A stretch of DNA of 64,000 nt from Flavobacteriales bacterium (GCA_035325445.1 DAOKZW010000001.1:2000-65999); one strand, 5' to 3'; positions 38,169 to 48,657 are shown, counted from the first letter of the stretch. Translations and numbers: made by a program. Notes: a model not told the origin generated them from the sequence alone.

Positions 38169-39043
38169 ACGGCCATGGCACCATGTGGACGATGCGCGGA
38201 TATATCGCCGTTACCACGGTCTTAATGACCATCCATGTCAGCGGCCAGTACATCTTGAACGGCGACTTCGAGATCAACAACGCCACACCGGGGGCGAACG
38301 AGATGAACATGACCAATGCCCAGTTCAATGCAATGGTCCCGGATTGCTTCAGCTTCGCTCAACCCGGATGGGCCCAGTTGGATCTGATCACGACGGCGGA
38401 ATGGGGTGGCCTTGCCCATAGCGGTGATCGCTTCATTGGGATGGGTTGGACGGATCGCCTTGCCATGCGGCTTTCAGAGCCATTGACCATCGGACAGACC
38501 TACCAACTCTCGTTCCATGAAAGAGGGTATTCCGGGGCATGTACGGGCGGGTTCTCCATTGGCCTGTCATCCACCCCCTCCAGCATGGGCACCTATATCC
38601 ATAACACCTCCCTTTTCCCGGTGGTGGGCGTCTGGAAATTGCGTGTGTTCTCCTTCGTCGCCCCAGTGGCGGCGGACTACATCACCGTGCTCATGTCCGG
38701 TTTTGTGGGCTGCTGGCAGCACGTTGATAATTTCTGTCTATCAGCCACTTCCGATTGCGCAATCCCGACCGTGATCCATGTGCCGAATGTGTTCACACCC
38801 AATGCGGATGGTGTCAACGACCGTTTCTTGCCATTCGCCGGGACGGACATCACCGGTGGATCCATGGAGATCTACAACCGTTGGGGCGACATGATCTTCA
38901 GCACTGAAGACATCGACAGCGGATGGGATGGCACCACTGATGAGCAGCCATGCTCGAATGGCGTCTACTTCTATCGCCTTTCCTACACAACGGTCTTTGG
39001 CGCGAGCGAGAGCAAACACGGGTCCTTCACATTACTGAGATAA
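38165..39043 (+). CDS. Secreted protein with type B T9SS sorting domain (gliding motility-associated C-terminal domain)
   Basis: The C-terminal ~90 aa match the TIGR04131-type CTD (VPNVFTPNADGVNDRF...IYNRWGDMIF...WDGT...NGVYFYRL...GSFTLLR). The N-terminal signal may begin at MRGYIAV (38192). Confidence 0.6.
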   Translation: MNGHGTMWTMRGYIAVTTVLMTIHVSGQYILNGDFEINNATPGANEMNMTNAQFNAMVPDCFSFAQPGWAQLDLITTAEWGGLAHSGDRFIGMGWTDRLAMRLSEPLTIGQTYQLSFHERGYSGACTGGFSIGLSSTPSSMGTYIHNTSLFPVVGVWKLRVFSFVAPVAADYITVLMSGFVGCWQHVDNFCLSATSDCAIPTVIHVPNVFTPNADGVNDRFLPFAGTDITGGSMEIYNRWGDMIFSTEDIDSGWDGTTDEQPCSNGVYFYRLSYTTVFGASESKHGSFTLLR

Positions 39044-39079
39044 AACTGGGGAACTCTTTCAGCACCACCTTCGCGTTGG

Positions 39080-40338
39080 TTACATATTCCTCCTATACTG
39101 TCCCCCCACTTCGAACATCGCAGCCGTCAACTGCCCCAGCGAGCAAAACTTCGTCGCTTCCATCAATACCTCGAACATGTTCTCGTTCCGGATCGCGGCT
39201 TGTTGCAGATCCTTGATCGCCTTGGCCGCTTCATCCGCATAAGCAGTTCGGAGATTCTCCACGGTCGCGATCTGGGCTTCCTTCTCTTCTTCCGTTGCCC
39301 GAATGACCTCTTTCGGGAGAATTGTAGGTGACCCCTTGCTCGACAGGAAGGTATTCACCCCGATGATCGGATACTCGCCCGTGTGCTTGAGCGTTTCGTA
39401 GTAGAGGCTTTCCTCCTGGATCTTGCCGCGCTGGTACATCGTCTCCATGGCGCCGAGCACGCCGCCGCGTTCAGTGATGCGGTCGAACTCCTTCAGCACG
39501 GCTTCTTCCACCAGGTCGGTGAGTTCCTCGATGATGAAGCTGCCCTGCAGCGGGTTCTCGTTCTTGGCCAGGCCGAGCTCGCGGTTGATGATGAGCTCTC
39601 GGGTACCACACCGCACCCCGTTCCGGCGCCATGGCGGCACAGCCGCCACCCTTCGGGCGGGCGCGCTCGTCCGCCCATGCTGCGTTGCTCGGCGGTCGGC
39701 TACCTCGTGGTAGCCTCCCTTCCTCGCGCCTTGCCTGGCCGAACGATCATCGCCCGTGGCATCCGTTCGGGGCACGGCGTGGTACCCTGAGGCCATGGCG
39801 CGGCGCACGCTTTCCTCGGTGGGCGTGGTGATGGCCTCGTCGTAGGCGTTCGTGTGCAGGCTGTTGCAGTTGTCGTAGATGGCGTAGAGCGCCTGCAGGG
39901 TGGTGCGGATGTCGTTGAAGTCGATCTCTTGCGCGTGCAGGCTGCGGCCGCTGGTCTGGATGTGGTACTTCAGCATCTGGCTGCGCTCGTCGGCGCCGTA
40001 GCGGTGCTTGAGGGCTTTGGCCCAGAGGCGGCGCGCCACGCGACCCATCACGGCGTATTCGGGGTCCATGCCGTTGCTGAAGAAGAAGCTCAGGTTGGGC
40101 GCGAAGGCGTTGATGTCCATGCCCCGGCTGAGGTAGTACTCCACGTAGGTGAAGCCGTTGGCCAGGGTGAAGGCGAGCTGCGAGATGGGGTTGGCGCCGG
40201 CCTCTGCGATGTGGTACCCGCTGATGCTGACGCTGTAGAAGTTGCGGACCTTCTGGTCGATGAAGTACTGCTGCACGTCGCCCATCAAGCGCAGCGCGAA
40301 CTCGGTGCTGAAGATCGTTGTTCTGCGCCTGGTGGTTC
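39080..40338 (-). pseudogene. Silent 3' copy B of icmF with a ~190-nt in-frame insertion (track ORF 39080..40288)
   Basis: 402-aa ORF nearly identical to the intact IcmF C-terminus, except for a 63-aa insert between EESVRRAMA and LIINRELG. Homology to the intact gene ends at the same point as copy A. Confidence 0.85.
39603..39789. mobile_element. MITE-like insertion inside icmF copy B
   Basis: 187 nt bounded by GGTACC-containing ~24-bp imperfect terminal inverted repeats (GGGTACCACACCGCACCCCGTTCCGG / CCGTTCGGGGCACGGCGTGGTACCC). The internal hairpin GGCTACC-TCGT-GGTAGCC covaries with the copy A version GCTACCG-GTTA-CGGTAGC. Confidence 0.55.
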
Positions 40339-40510
40339 TTTGGGCGTGCCCCGGCTCAAATGCAGCCGGGTCGCGTGCTGCGCTTTAGCCGGTCTTGTCA
40401 GGGCCAGCGGCTGCGGCACTGCGGGGTCACGCCTGCGTCGTGCCGCCTCGTTGCTCGCATCCGCAATGCCCTTCCTGCGCCGGGCTGCCGCTTCGCCCGC
40501 TCACGCGGAG
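40338..40510. repeat. Conserved ~170-nt element X at the island-side boundary of icmF copy B
   Basis: Second copy of the element at 34990..35160. It starts where the icmF homology ends and is followed ~50 nt later by the first gene of the heavy-metal island. Confidence 0.55.
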
Positions 40511-40557
40511 AACACGCTTGCGATCTCAACCGTTGAAGCCTACATTCGTCCCGGAAA

Positions 40558-40923
40558 ATGCGTCGCCTCCTTTTCCTGCTCACCCTTACGGTCTATGGCT
40601 TCAGTGCCCTGGAACTGCACGAGTGGCTGCATGTGCCGCAAGTGGTGATGCACTTTCTGGAGCAGCATACCAGTGAGGACTTCCACGACCTCTTCCACAA
40701 CGAGCACACCGACGATCAGCAACACGATGAGCACGACCACGATCCGTTCAGCGAGGATTGCCACGGCGAGTTCTGCGCGTGCAGTGGCCTGGTCGCGCTT
40801 TCACCGGTGAACAGGTCTCTCCTGATCTCCCTACAGCCGCTCACCACCAAGGTGGGTGCGCAATTCCTCAACGTTGCGCCCAGTGGTTTCACGGGCAACG
40901 TGTGGATCCCTCCCAAGGCTTGA
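40558..40923 (+). CDS. His/Asp/Cys-rich small secreted protein (putative periplasmic metal-binding protein), first gene of the metal efflux cluster
   Basis: Signal peptide (MRRLLFLLTLTVYGFSA), a His-rich stretch (HNEHTDDQQHDEHDHD) and a CxxxxCxC cluster. Confidence 0.4.
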   Translation: MRRLLFLLTLTVYGFSALELHEWLHVPQVVMHFLEQHTSEDFHDLFHNEHTDDQQHDEHDHDPFSEDCHGEFCACSGLVALSPVNRSLLISLQPLTTKVGAQFLNVAPSGFTGNVWIPPKA

Positions 40924-41036
40924 GTTGATCCGCCCTTCGGCGGAACGGGAACGCACCGTGCTTCGGCACGGTCCGGGGCCATTGTGTACCCGCGTTCCGC
41001 ATTCGTCCTTCCTTCCATTCCCAAGTTTTTCCATCC

Positions 41037-44000
41037 ATGATCGACAGGATCATCCGGTTCTCCATACACAACAAGGCCATCATCGGGCTCTTCACGCTCG
41101 TGCTGGTGCTTTACGGGGCGTACTCGCTCACGCAATTGCCGATCGATGCGGTACCCGACATCACCAACAACCAGGTGCAGGTGATCACCACCACGCCTAC
41201 GCTGGCCGCGCAGGAGGTGGAACAGTTCGTTACCGCGCCCATCGAGCGGGCCATGGCCAGCCTGCCCGATCTGGTGGAGATCCGCTCCATCAGCCGCTTC
41301 GGGCTAAGTCTTGTGACCATCGTATTCGATGAGGACGTGGACGTGTACTTCGCCCGCACCTTGGTGGACCAGCGCCTGGGCGAGGCCGCCGCACTGATAC
41401 CGCCCGGGGTGGGCACACCGACCATGGCCCCGGTAAGCACCGGGTTGGGCGAGGTGTACCAATACGTGCTGCACCCCAAGGAAGGGTACGAGGGCACCTT
41501 CAGCCCCAGCGAGCTGCGCACCATCCAGGAATGGATCGTAGTGCGGCAGCTGTTGGGCACACCCGGTGTGGCCGAGGTGAACAGCTACGGCGGCGAGGTG
41601 AAGCAGTACGAGGTGAGCGTGGACCCCAAGCGCTTGCAAAGCATGGGCGTCACCATCGGTGAGCTACTGCTCGCGTTGGAGAGCAACAACGAGAACACCG
41701 GCGGCGCCTACATCGAGAAACGGCCCAACAGCTACAGCATCCGGGGCGAAGGACTGCTGCGCACGCTGGACGACATCCGCAAGGTGGTGGTGAAGATCCC
41801 GCCCGGCGGTGTGCCGCTCCTGGTGGGCGATGTGGCCGAGGTGGGCTTCGGTGCGGCCCCGCGCTACGGTGCGCTCACCCGCAATGGCGAAGGCGAAGCG
41901 GTGGGCGGCACGGTGATGATGCTGAAGGGTGGCAACAGCGCCGAAGTGGTGAAGGCTATTGAAGCGCGCATACCGAACGTGCAGAAGGCCCTGCCGGAAG
42001 GGCTGATGATCGAACCCTATCTGGTGCGCAGCGAACTGGTGGGGCGGGCCATCGGCACGGTGAAGACGAACCTGATCGAGGGCGCGTTGATCGTGATCTT
42101 CGTGCTGGTGCTCTTTCTAGGAAATTGGCGCGCGGGCCTCATCGTGGCCTCGGTGATCCCACTGTGCATGCTCTTCGCCATCATCCTCATGAACGCCTTC
42201 GGCGTCAGCGGCAATTTGATGTCGCTTGGTGCCATCGATTTCGGATTGATCGTGGACGGCGCCGTGATCATCGTGGAGGCCACCCTGCACCACCTGCATG
42301 CGCGCTTCAAGGGAAGGATCCTTACCCGCGAGGAGATGGACCGCGAGGTTTTCGTGAGCGCCAGCAAGATCCGGACGAGCGCGGCCTTCGGCGAGATCAT
42401 CATCCTGATCGTGTACATCCCCATCCTCACACTGGTGGGCATCGAGGGCAAGATGTTCCGCCCCATGGCCATCACCGTCAGCTTCGCCATCCTGGGTGCC
42501 CTGTTGCTCTCGCTCACCTATGTGCCCATGATGAGCGCGCTGGTGCTGCCGCGCAACACGGCGCACAAACCCAACTTCAGCGACCGCATGATGGACCGTT
42601 TCCAGAAGTGGTACGATCCCATCATCGGCTTCGCCTTGCGCAACCGGATCAAGACCGTGGGTGTGGCCGTGGCGCTCTTCATCAGCTCGGTCTTCCTGTT
42701 CGCACGCATGGGCGGCGAGTTCATTCCCACCTTGGAAGAGGGCGACTTCGCCTTCCACAGCATCCTGCCGCAGGGCGCATCGCTCAGCCAGAGCATCGCC
42801 AACAACGCCAAGGTGGAGAAGATCCTGCTGCAATTCCCGGAGGTGAAGCAGGTGGTGGGACGCACCGGCAGCGCCGAGATCCCCACGGACCCCATGCCCC
42901 CCGAAGCCACGGACCTCATGATCATCTTGAAGGACAAGGACGAATGGACCACCGCGCACGACCGCGAGGCTTTGCAGGACACCATGCTGCAAGCCTTGAG
43001 GCAGGTACCCGGCGTGTTCTACGAAGCCACCCAACCCATCCAGATGCGCTTCAACGAATTGATGACCGGCATACGGCAGGACGTGGCCGTGAAGATCTAC
43101 GGTGAGAACATGGACACCCTCGCGGTGATCGCGAACAAGGTGGCGGCGATCATCGGCGAAGTGCAAGGTGCGGGTGAACCGCAGGTGGAAAAGGTGGTGG
43201 GCCTGCCACAGATCACCATCACCTATGATCGTGCACGGGTAGCGCAGTACGGCCTCAACATCCGCGAACTGAACCGCACCGTGCGCACGGCCTTCGCGGG
43301 CGAGGCCACCGGCGTCATCTACGAGAACGAGCGCCGCTTCGATCTGGTGGTGCGCCTCGGTGACCAACAGCGGCAGAGCATCGACGATGTGCGCACCCTC
43401 TTCGTGGCGCTGCCCGGTGGCGGACAGATCCAGTTGCAGCAGGTGGCCGATGTGTCCTTGACACCCGGCCCGGCCCAGATCAGCCGGGAGGATGCCAAGC
43501 GCCGCATCGCCGTGGGCGTGAACATCCGTGGCCGTGACGTGGAAAGCTTCGTGGAAGAGCTCCAAGGCCGCATCGATGCCGAAGTGCCAATGCCCGCGGC
43601 CTACTACTACACCTTCGGCGGCACCTTCGAGAACCTGCAGGCAGCTAGCAAACGCCTGATGCTGGCGGTGCCCATCGCGCTGGCCCTCATCTTCCTGCTG
43701 CTCTTCTTCACCTTCAACAGCGTGAAGCGCGCCCTGCTGATCTACACCGCCATCCCCATGAGCGCCATCGGCGGTGTGCTTGCGCTCATGGCGCGCGGCA
43801 TGCCCTTCAGCATCAGCGCGGGCGTGGGCTTCATCGCGCTCTTCGGCGTGGCGGTGCTCAACGGCATCGTCCTCATCGCCACCTTCGACCAACTGGAAAA
43901 GGAAGGCATCAGCGACCTGAAGGAGCGCGTGTTGAAAGGTACCCGCACACGGCTGCGTCCCGTGCTGATGACGGCGGCGGTGGCCTCGCTCGGTTTCCTG

Positions 44001-45359
44001 CCCATGGCCTTGAGCGGCAACGCGGGCGCGGAAGTGCAACGCCCCCTGGCCACGGTGGTGATCGGTGGCCTCATCACCGCCACGGCCCTCACCCTCATGG
44101 TGCTGCCGGTGCTCTATCTGCTCTTCATGGGCGGAGGCAGGAGGCGCAACGATGCCAATGGCGGCAAGGCGAACGCACCGCTGATCGTCGCGACCGTGCT
44201 GTTGATCATGATCGGCGGCACCAGCAGCGCACAGGAACCGATGCCGATGGACACGGCGATCGCACGCGCCTTGCGCACCCATCCGAGCATGACCGCTGCG
44301 GAACTGCGTGTGCAGGAACAGGATGCCCTGCGTGGCACGGCCTTCGGGCTGCAGCCGCTCAACGCGCAATTCTCCCATGGCCAGACCCAGGGGCCGTATC
44401 CCAAGGACATTATCCTGGAAGCCAATACCGGGTTCGCATTTCCCACCACCATTGCCCGACGCGCGGCCTACCTGAAGGAAAGCCTGCACCTTGCGGAGAA
44501 CGAAAAGCTGAACACGGCGGCCTACGTGAAGGAGAGCGCGGGAGGGGCCTACCTGCAATGGGCCATGGGCCTTGAACAGGTGCGTATCCTGCAACAGCTG
44601 GACAGCGCGTACGCATCCATGGCGGCCTTCGCGCTGCAGCGCTTCGAGCTCGGTGAGACCGGCCGCTTGGAAAGCACCAGTGCGCAAAGCCGCGCCGAGC
44701 AGGTGAAGGTGCGCTTGCGCCAGGCACAGGCTGATCTGGTGGCCTACCAGGTGGAAGTAGAACGCTGGACGGGCCCGCTCAGTGGTGCCGTGCCGGTGCC
44801 CGAGGAATTGCTCAACACCGCACGAGCGCCGGATCCCGGCGGCGGCAACGACCCGCTCCTGCTCTCCTTGCAGCAGCGCACGCAGGTGGCCGAGGCCGAA
44901 TGGAAACTGCAACGCAGCCAATGGGCACCCAGCCTGCAGGGCGGCGGCTTCTACCAGACCTTCGATGGCACGTCGCCCTTTTCGGGCTTCCTCATCGGTG
45001 CTTCGATCCCCCTGCCCGGCAGCGGCCAGGGCGGTCGCACCTCGGCGGCACGTTTGCGCAGCGAGATCGCCGCGCAGGAACTGGAAGCCGCACGCCGACA
45101 GCGCAGCAGCGAGCGCGCCACCACGCAGGCGCAGCTCACTCAATTGCGCGAGAGCCTCGCCTTCTATGAAAGCACCGGTGCCGCGCTGGGTGCTACCCTG
45201 CGCGACGATGCCCTGCGTGCCTATCGCGCGGGCGAAGCCGACTACTTCCAATTCACTCAAGGCATCGAGCAGGCCTTTCAACTCAACGCCGAGCACTTGC
45301 GCGTGCGTTACGAGCTCGCACTTACCGTCCTCCACCTCCGTGCCCTCAATGGGCTCTAA
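41037..45359 (+). CDS. CzcA-family heavy-metal efflux RND transporter fused in frame to a TolC/CzcC-like outer-membrane factor (1440 aa)
   Basis: The first ~1040 aa form a canonical HME-RND pump (12 TM segments, two large periplasmic loops). With no stop, the frame continues through a signal-peptide-like segment (RRRNDANGGKANAPLIVATVLLIMIGGTSSAQ) into a ~370-aa outer-membrane efflux protein-like domain. Confidence 0.8.
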   Translation: MIDRIIRFSIHNKAIIGLFTLVLVLYGAYSLTQLPIDAVPDITNNQVQVITTTPTLAAQEVEQFVTAPIERAMASLPDLVEIRSISRFGLSLVTIVFDEDVDVYFARTLVDQRLGEAAALIPPGVGTPTMAPVSTGLGEVYQYVLHPKEGYEGTFSPSELRTIQEWIVVRQLLGTPGVAEVNSYGGEVKQYEVSVDPKRLQSMGVTIGELLLALESNNENTGGAYIEKRPNSYSIRGEGLLRTLDDIRKVVVKIPPGGVPLLVGDVAEVGFGAAPRYGALTRNGEGEAVGGTVMMLKGGNSAEVVKAIEARIPNVQKALPEGLMIEPYLVRSELVGRAIGTVKTNLIEGALIVIFVLVLFLGNWRAGLIVASVIPLCMLFAIILMNAFGVSGNLMSLGAIDFGLIVDGAVIIVEATLHHLHARFKGRILTREEMDREVFVSASKIRTSAAFGEIIILIVYIPILTLVGIEGKMFRPMAITVSFAILGALLLSLTYVPMMSALVLPRNTAHKPNFSDRMMDRFQKWYDPIIGFALRNRIKTVGVAVALFISSVFLFARMGGEFIPTLEEGDFAFHSILPQGASLSQSIANNAKVEKILLQFPEVKQVVGRTGSAEIPTDPMPPEATDLMIILKDKDEWTTAHDREALQDTMLQALRQVPGVFYEATQPIQMRFNELMTGIRQDVAVKIYGENMDTLAVIANKVAAIIGEVQGAGEPQVEKVVGLPQITITYDRARVAQYGLNIRELNRTVRTAFAGEATGVIYENERRFDLVVRLGDQQRQSIDDVRTLFVALPGGGQIQLQQVADVSLTPGPAQISREDAKRRIAVGVNIRGRDVESFVEELQGRIDAEVPMPAAYYYTFGGTFENLQAASKRLMLAVPIALALIFLLLFFTFNSVKRALLIYTAIPMSAIGGVLALMARGMPFSISAGVGFIALFGVAVLNGIVLIATFDQLEKEGISDLKERVLKGTRTRLRPVLMTAAVASLGFLPMALSGNAGAEVQRPLATVVIGGLITATALTLMVLPVLYLLFMGGGRRRNDANGGKANAPLIVATVLLIMIGGTSSAQEPMPMDTAIARALRTHPSMTAAELRVQEQDALRGTAFGLQPLNAQFSHGQTQGPYPKDIILEANTGFAFPTTIARRAAYLKESLHLAENEKLNTAAYVKESAGGAYLQWAMGLEQVRILQQLDSAYASMAAFALQRFELGETGRLESTSAQSRAEQVKVRLRQAQADLVAYQVEVERWTGPLSGAVPVPEELLNTARAPDPGGGNDPLLLSLQQRTQVAEAEWKLQRSQWAPSLQGGGFYQTFDGTSPFSGFLIGASIPLPGSGQGGRTSAARLRSEIAAQELEAARRQRSSERATTQAQLTQLRESLAFYESTGAALGATLRDDALRAYRAGEADYFQFTQGIEQAFQLNAEHLRVRYELALTVLHLRALNGL

Positions 45360-45371
45360 GACCGCATAGAC

Positions 45372-46751
45372 ATGAAAACGCAACCGATCAACAGCGCTCT
45401 TCAGCGCATGCCGAATACGCTCTTTCTGCTCCTGCTCACCATCGCACTGGCCGCCTGTGGCGGTGGCGCGGCCTCCGGCGAAGAAGAAGGCCATGGCCAC
45501 GGCGAAGAGGAGGGCCACGGCGGTGGGAGCACCGTCACCGTTTCGCCGCAACAATTCGCCGCCATCGAGGGCAAGCTTGGCAAGGTGGAGATGAAGGACC
45601 TCACCACCGCCCTCAAGGCCGTCGGCTTTTTGAAAGTGCCGCCGCAGAACGTCGCCGACATCACCGTGGCCATGGGAGGCACCGTGCGCGAAGTGCTGGT
45701 GCAGGAAGGCGACCATGTGAACAAGGGGCAGGTGCTCGCTACGGTCACCGACCCTTCGATCATCCAACTGCAACGCGACTACCTCGATGCGAAAGCACGA
45801 CTGGTGTACGCCGAAACGGAATTGGAACGCCAGACCGAACTGGCCCGCGCCAACGTGAGCGCGCAGAAGACCCTGCAACAGGTCACGGCGGAACACGCCT
45901 CCTTGCGGGCCAGCGTGAACGCCCATGCCGAGCAGTTGCGCCTGATCAACATCGACCCCGAGAAGCTCACTGCCAATGCACTGCGCTCAGCCGCGGGCAT
46001 CGTAAGCCCCATCGATGGCACCGTGGCGCACATCGCGGTGAACGTGGGAAGCAAGGTGAGCAACGATGCCACAATGTTCCGCGTGGTGAACAACAGCAAG
46101 CTCCACGTGGACCTCTTCCTCTACGAACAGGACATCGCCTCCGTGAAGGTGGGCCAGACCATCGACCTCAGCCTCACCAACCTGCCGGGCAAGAACTACA
46201 CGGCCGTGGTCTTCGCCATCGGCAGTGCCTTCGAACGCGAGACGAAGACGATCCCGGTGCACGCGGAGATCACCGGCGACAAAGTGGGCCTGATCGACGG
46301 CATGGGCGTTACCGGGCGCATCAGCGTAGGCAACGCCACCACCACCGCCGTGCTCACCGAGGCCATCGTGAACATGGAAGGCAAGGACTACGTGTTCATC
46401 AGGACCGAAGGTGAAGAGGAGCATGGGCACGGGCATGATGAAGAGCCCGCGCACAAGGAGGAACCGGCGCACAAACACACCGAAGGGGAAGCACACGATC
46501 ACGCGAAGGAGAACAAGGCAACCCATGCACAAGGTGAGGTGCACGAACATGACCATAGCGATGAACATGCGCACGAGGCCGCAACCGGCAGCATGAGCTT
46601 CCAACGCATCGAAGTGAAGCGTGGAACGACCGATGGCGCGTACACAGCAGTAACCTTCCTGCAACCGGTGGACCCGGACGCCGAAGTGGTGACCGGTGGC
46701 GCCTACTACCTGATCGCGATGATGAACACGAGTGAAGGACACGAGCATTAA
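45372..46751 (+). CDS. Efflux RND periplasmic adaptor subunit (CzcB/HlyD family) with His-rich termini
   Basis: Lipoprotein signal (LLLTIALAACGG), a biotinyl-lipoyl/beta-barrel MFP core, and His-rich stretches at the N-terminus (EEGHGHGEEEGHGG) and C-terminus (HGHGHDEE...HEHDHSDEHAHE). Confidence 0.8.
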   Translation: MKTQPINSALQRMPNTLFLLLLTIALAACGGGAASGEEEGHGHGEEEGHGGGSTVTVSPQQFAAIEGKLGKVEMKDLTTALKAVGFLKVPPQNVADITVAMGGTVREVLVQEGDHVNKGQVLATVTDPSIIQLQRDYLDAKARLVYAETELERQTELARANVSAQKTLQQVTAEHASLRASVNAHAEQLRLINIDPEKLTANALRSAAGIVSPIDGTVAHIAVNVGSKVSNDATMFRVVNNSKLHVDLFLYEQDIASVKVGQTIDLSLTNLPGKNYTAVVFAIGSAFERETKTIPVHAEITGDKVGLIDGMGVTGRISVGNATTTAVLTEAIVNMEGKDYVFIRTEGEEEHGHGHDEEPAHKEEPAHKHTEGEAHDHAKENKATHAQGEVHEHDHSDEHAHEAATGSMSFQRIEVKRGTTDGAYTAVTFLQPVDPDAEVVTGGAYYLIAMMNTSEGHEH

Positions 46752-46755
46752 GATC

Positions 46756-48636
46756 ATGAGCACCCATCATTCCCTCGCTGCTCGTTCCACCTGGCGGACC
46801 TACCTGCCTGCTATTGTTTCGTTCATCCTGCTCCTCAGCGGCATCGCCATCGACCAGCTGGCACCGCAGCTCTGGCAACAGGCATGGTGGCGTTTCGCCT
46901 GGTACTTGGCCGCGTACCTGCCGGTAGGCTGGCCGGTGCTGGTGAATGCGGTACGTACCATCGCGAAGGGCGCGGTCTTCAGCGAGTTCTTCCTGATGAG
47001 TTTGGCCACCATCGGCGCGTTCTACATCGGCGAGTACCCCGAGGGCGTGGCGGTGATGCTGTTCTATGCCGTGGGTGAACTGTTCCAGAACGCCGCCGTT
47101 GATCGGGCCAAGCGCAATATCCAGGCCTTGCTGGATGTACGTCCGGATACCGCGAACGTGCTGCGCGACGGCATCCCGGTGGAAACGCCCGCTGCTGAGG
47201 TGAAGGTCGGTGACATCCTCCGCATCCGCGTGGGCGATCGCGTGCCGTTGGACGGAAAACTCCTGAGTGAAAAAGCGTCGTTCGATACCGCCGCGCTCAC
47301 CGGTGAGAGCGTGCCGCGCACCATCGTGAACGATGCGCCGGTGCTTGCTGGCATGATCGCTGCGGACAAGGTGGTGGACATGGAAGTGACCAAACCCTTT
47401 GGCGAGAGCAGCCTCGCACGCATACTGGATCTGGTGCAGAACGCCGCCAAGAGCAAGGCACCAACGGAGCTCTTCATCCGCCGCTTCGCCCGCATCTACA
47501 CACCCATCGTGGTGGCGCTCGCCGTGGGCATCGTGCTGGTGCCCATGTTGGTTGTGGAGTCCTACGACTTCAACAGTTGGCTATACCGTGCCCTCATCTT
47601 CCTAGTGATCTCCTGCCCATGCGCACTGGTCATCAGCATTCCGCTGGGCTACTTCGGTGGCATCGGCGCAGCCAGCCGCAAGGGCATCCTGCTGAAGGGT
47701 GGCAACTACCTCGATGTGCTCACCAAGGTGAACACCGTGGTGATGGACAAGACCGGTACGCTCACCGAGGGCGTGTTCGCTGTTCAGGAGGTGAAGCCTG
47801 CGGAAAGTGCAAGCGCGGAACAACTGCTCGGCGTGGTGAAGGCCATGGAAGCGCACAGCACGCACCCCATCGCAAAGGCCGTGTTGGAACATCCGCAAGG
47901 CGATGCCGTGGGCGAGGCCACGAACGTGGAGGAGATCAGCGGCCACGGTATGCGCGGTACGGTGCAGGGCAAGGAGGTGCTGGTGGGCAATGCGCGCCTC
48001 TTGAAGAAGTTCAACGTGTCCTATCCTGCGGACGTGGATACCGTCGAGGATACCATCGTGGTGTGTGCGATCGGCGGCAGCTACGCGGGCTACATCACCG
48101 TTGCCGATAAGGTGAAAGCGGACGCACAGCAGGCGGTGAACGAACTGCGTGCATCGGGCGTGCGCGAGATCGTGATGCTCAGCGGCGACAAGACGGCCAT
48201 CACGCAGCGCGTCGCGGCCAAGCTGGGTATCCACAAGGCCTTCGGCGATCTGCTGCCGGAAGATAAAGTATCGAAGATGCAGCAGGTGAAGAAGGACCCT
48301 ACCGCCGTGGTGGCCTTCGTGGGCGACGGCATCAATGATGCGCCGGTGCTCGCGCTCAGCGATGTGGGTATCGCCATGGGCGGCCTGGGCAGCGATGCGG
48401 CCATCGAGACCGCTGATGTGGTGATCCAGAACGACCAGCCCTCGCGGATCGCCGAAGCCATCCGCATCGGCCGGGCCACCAAGCGGGTGGTCACGCAGAA
48501 CATCGTACTCGCTTTCGGCGTGAAGGCGATCGTCCTGATCCTCGGCGCGGGAGGATTGGCCACCCTATGGGAAGCGGTGTTCGCCGATGTGGGTGTGGCG
48601 CTGTTGGCGATACTTAACGCGAGCAGGATGCGGTGA
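46756..48636 (+). CDS. Heavy-metal translocating P1B-type ATPase (Zn/Cd/Pb-type CPC)
   Basis: Motifs are TGES, transmembrane CPC (ISCPCALVISIP), phosphorylation site DKTGTLT and hinge GDGINDAP. There is no N-terminal HMA domain. The start is set at MSTHHS. Confidence 0.9.
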   Translation: MSTHHSLAARSTWRTYLPAIVSFILLLSGIAIDQLAPQLWQQAWWRFAWYLAAYLPVGWPVLVNAVRTIAKGAVFSEFFLMSLATIGAFYIGEYPEGVAVMLFYAVGELFQNAAVDRAKRNIQALLDVRPDTANVLRDGIPVETPAAEVKVGDILRIRVGDRVPLDGKLLSEKASFDTAALTGESVPRTIVNDAPVLAGMIAADKVVDMEVTKPFGESSLARILDLVQNAAKSKAPTELFIRRFARIYTPIVVALAVGIVLVPMLVVESYDFNSWLYRALIFLVISCPCALVISIPLGYFGGIGAASRKGILLKGGNYLDVLTKVNTVVMDKTGTLTEGVFAVQEVKPAESASAEQLLGVVKAMEAHSTHPIAKAVLEHPQGDAVGEATNVEEISGHGMRGTVQGKEVLVGNARLLKKFNVSYPADVDTVEDTIVVCAIGGSYAGYITVADKVKADAQQAVNELRASGVREIVMLSGDKTAITQRVAAKLGIHKAFGDLLPEDKVSKMQQVKKDPTAVVAFVGDGINDAPVLALSDVGIAMGGLGSDAAIETADVVIQNDQPSRIAEAIRIGRATKRVVTQNIVLAFGVKAIVLILGAGGLATLWEAVFADVGVALLAILNASRMR

Positions 48637-48657
48637 GGGTTCTGGAACATAACTTGC

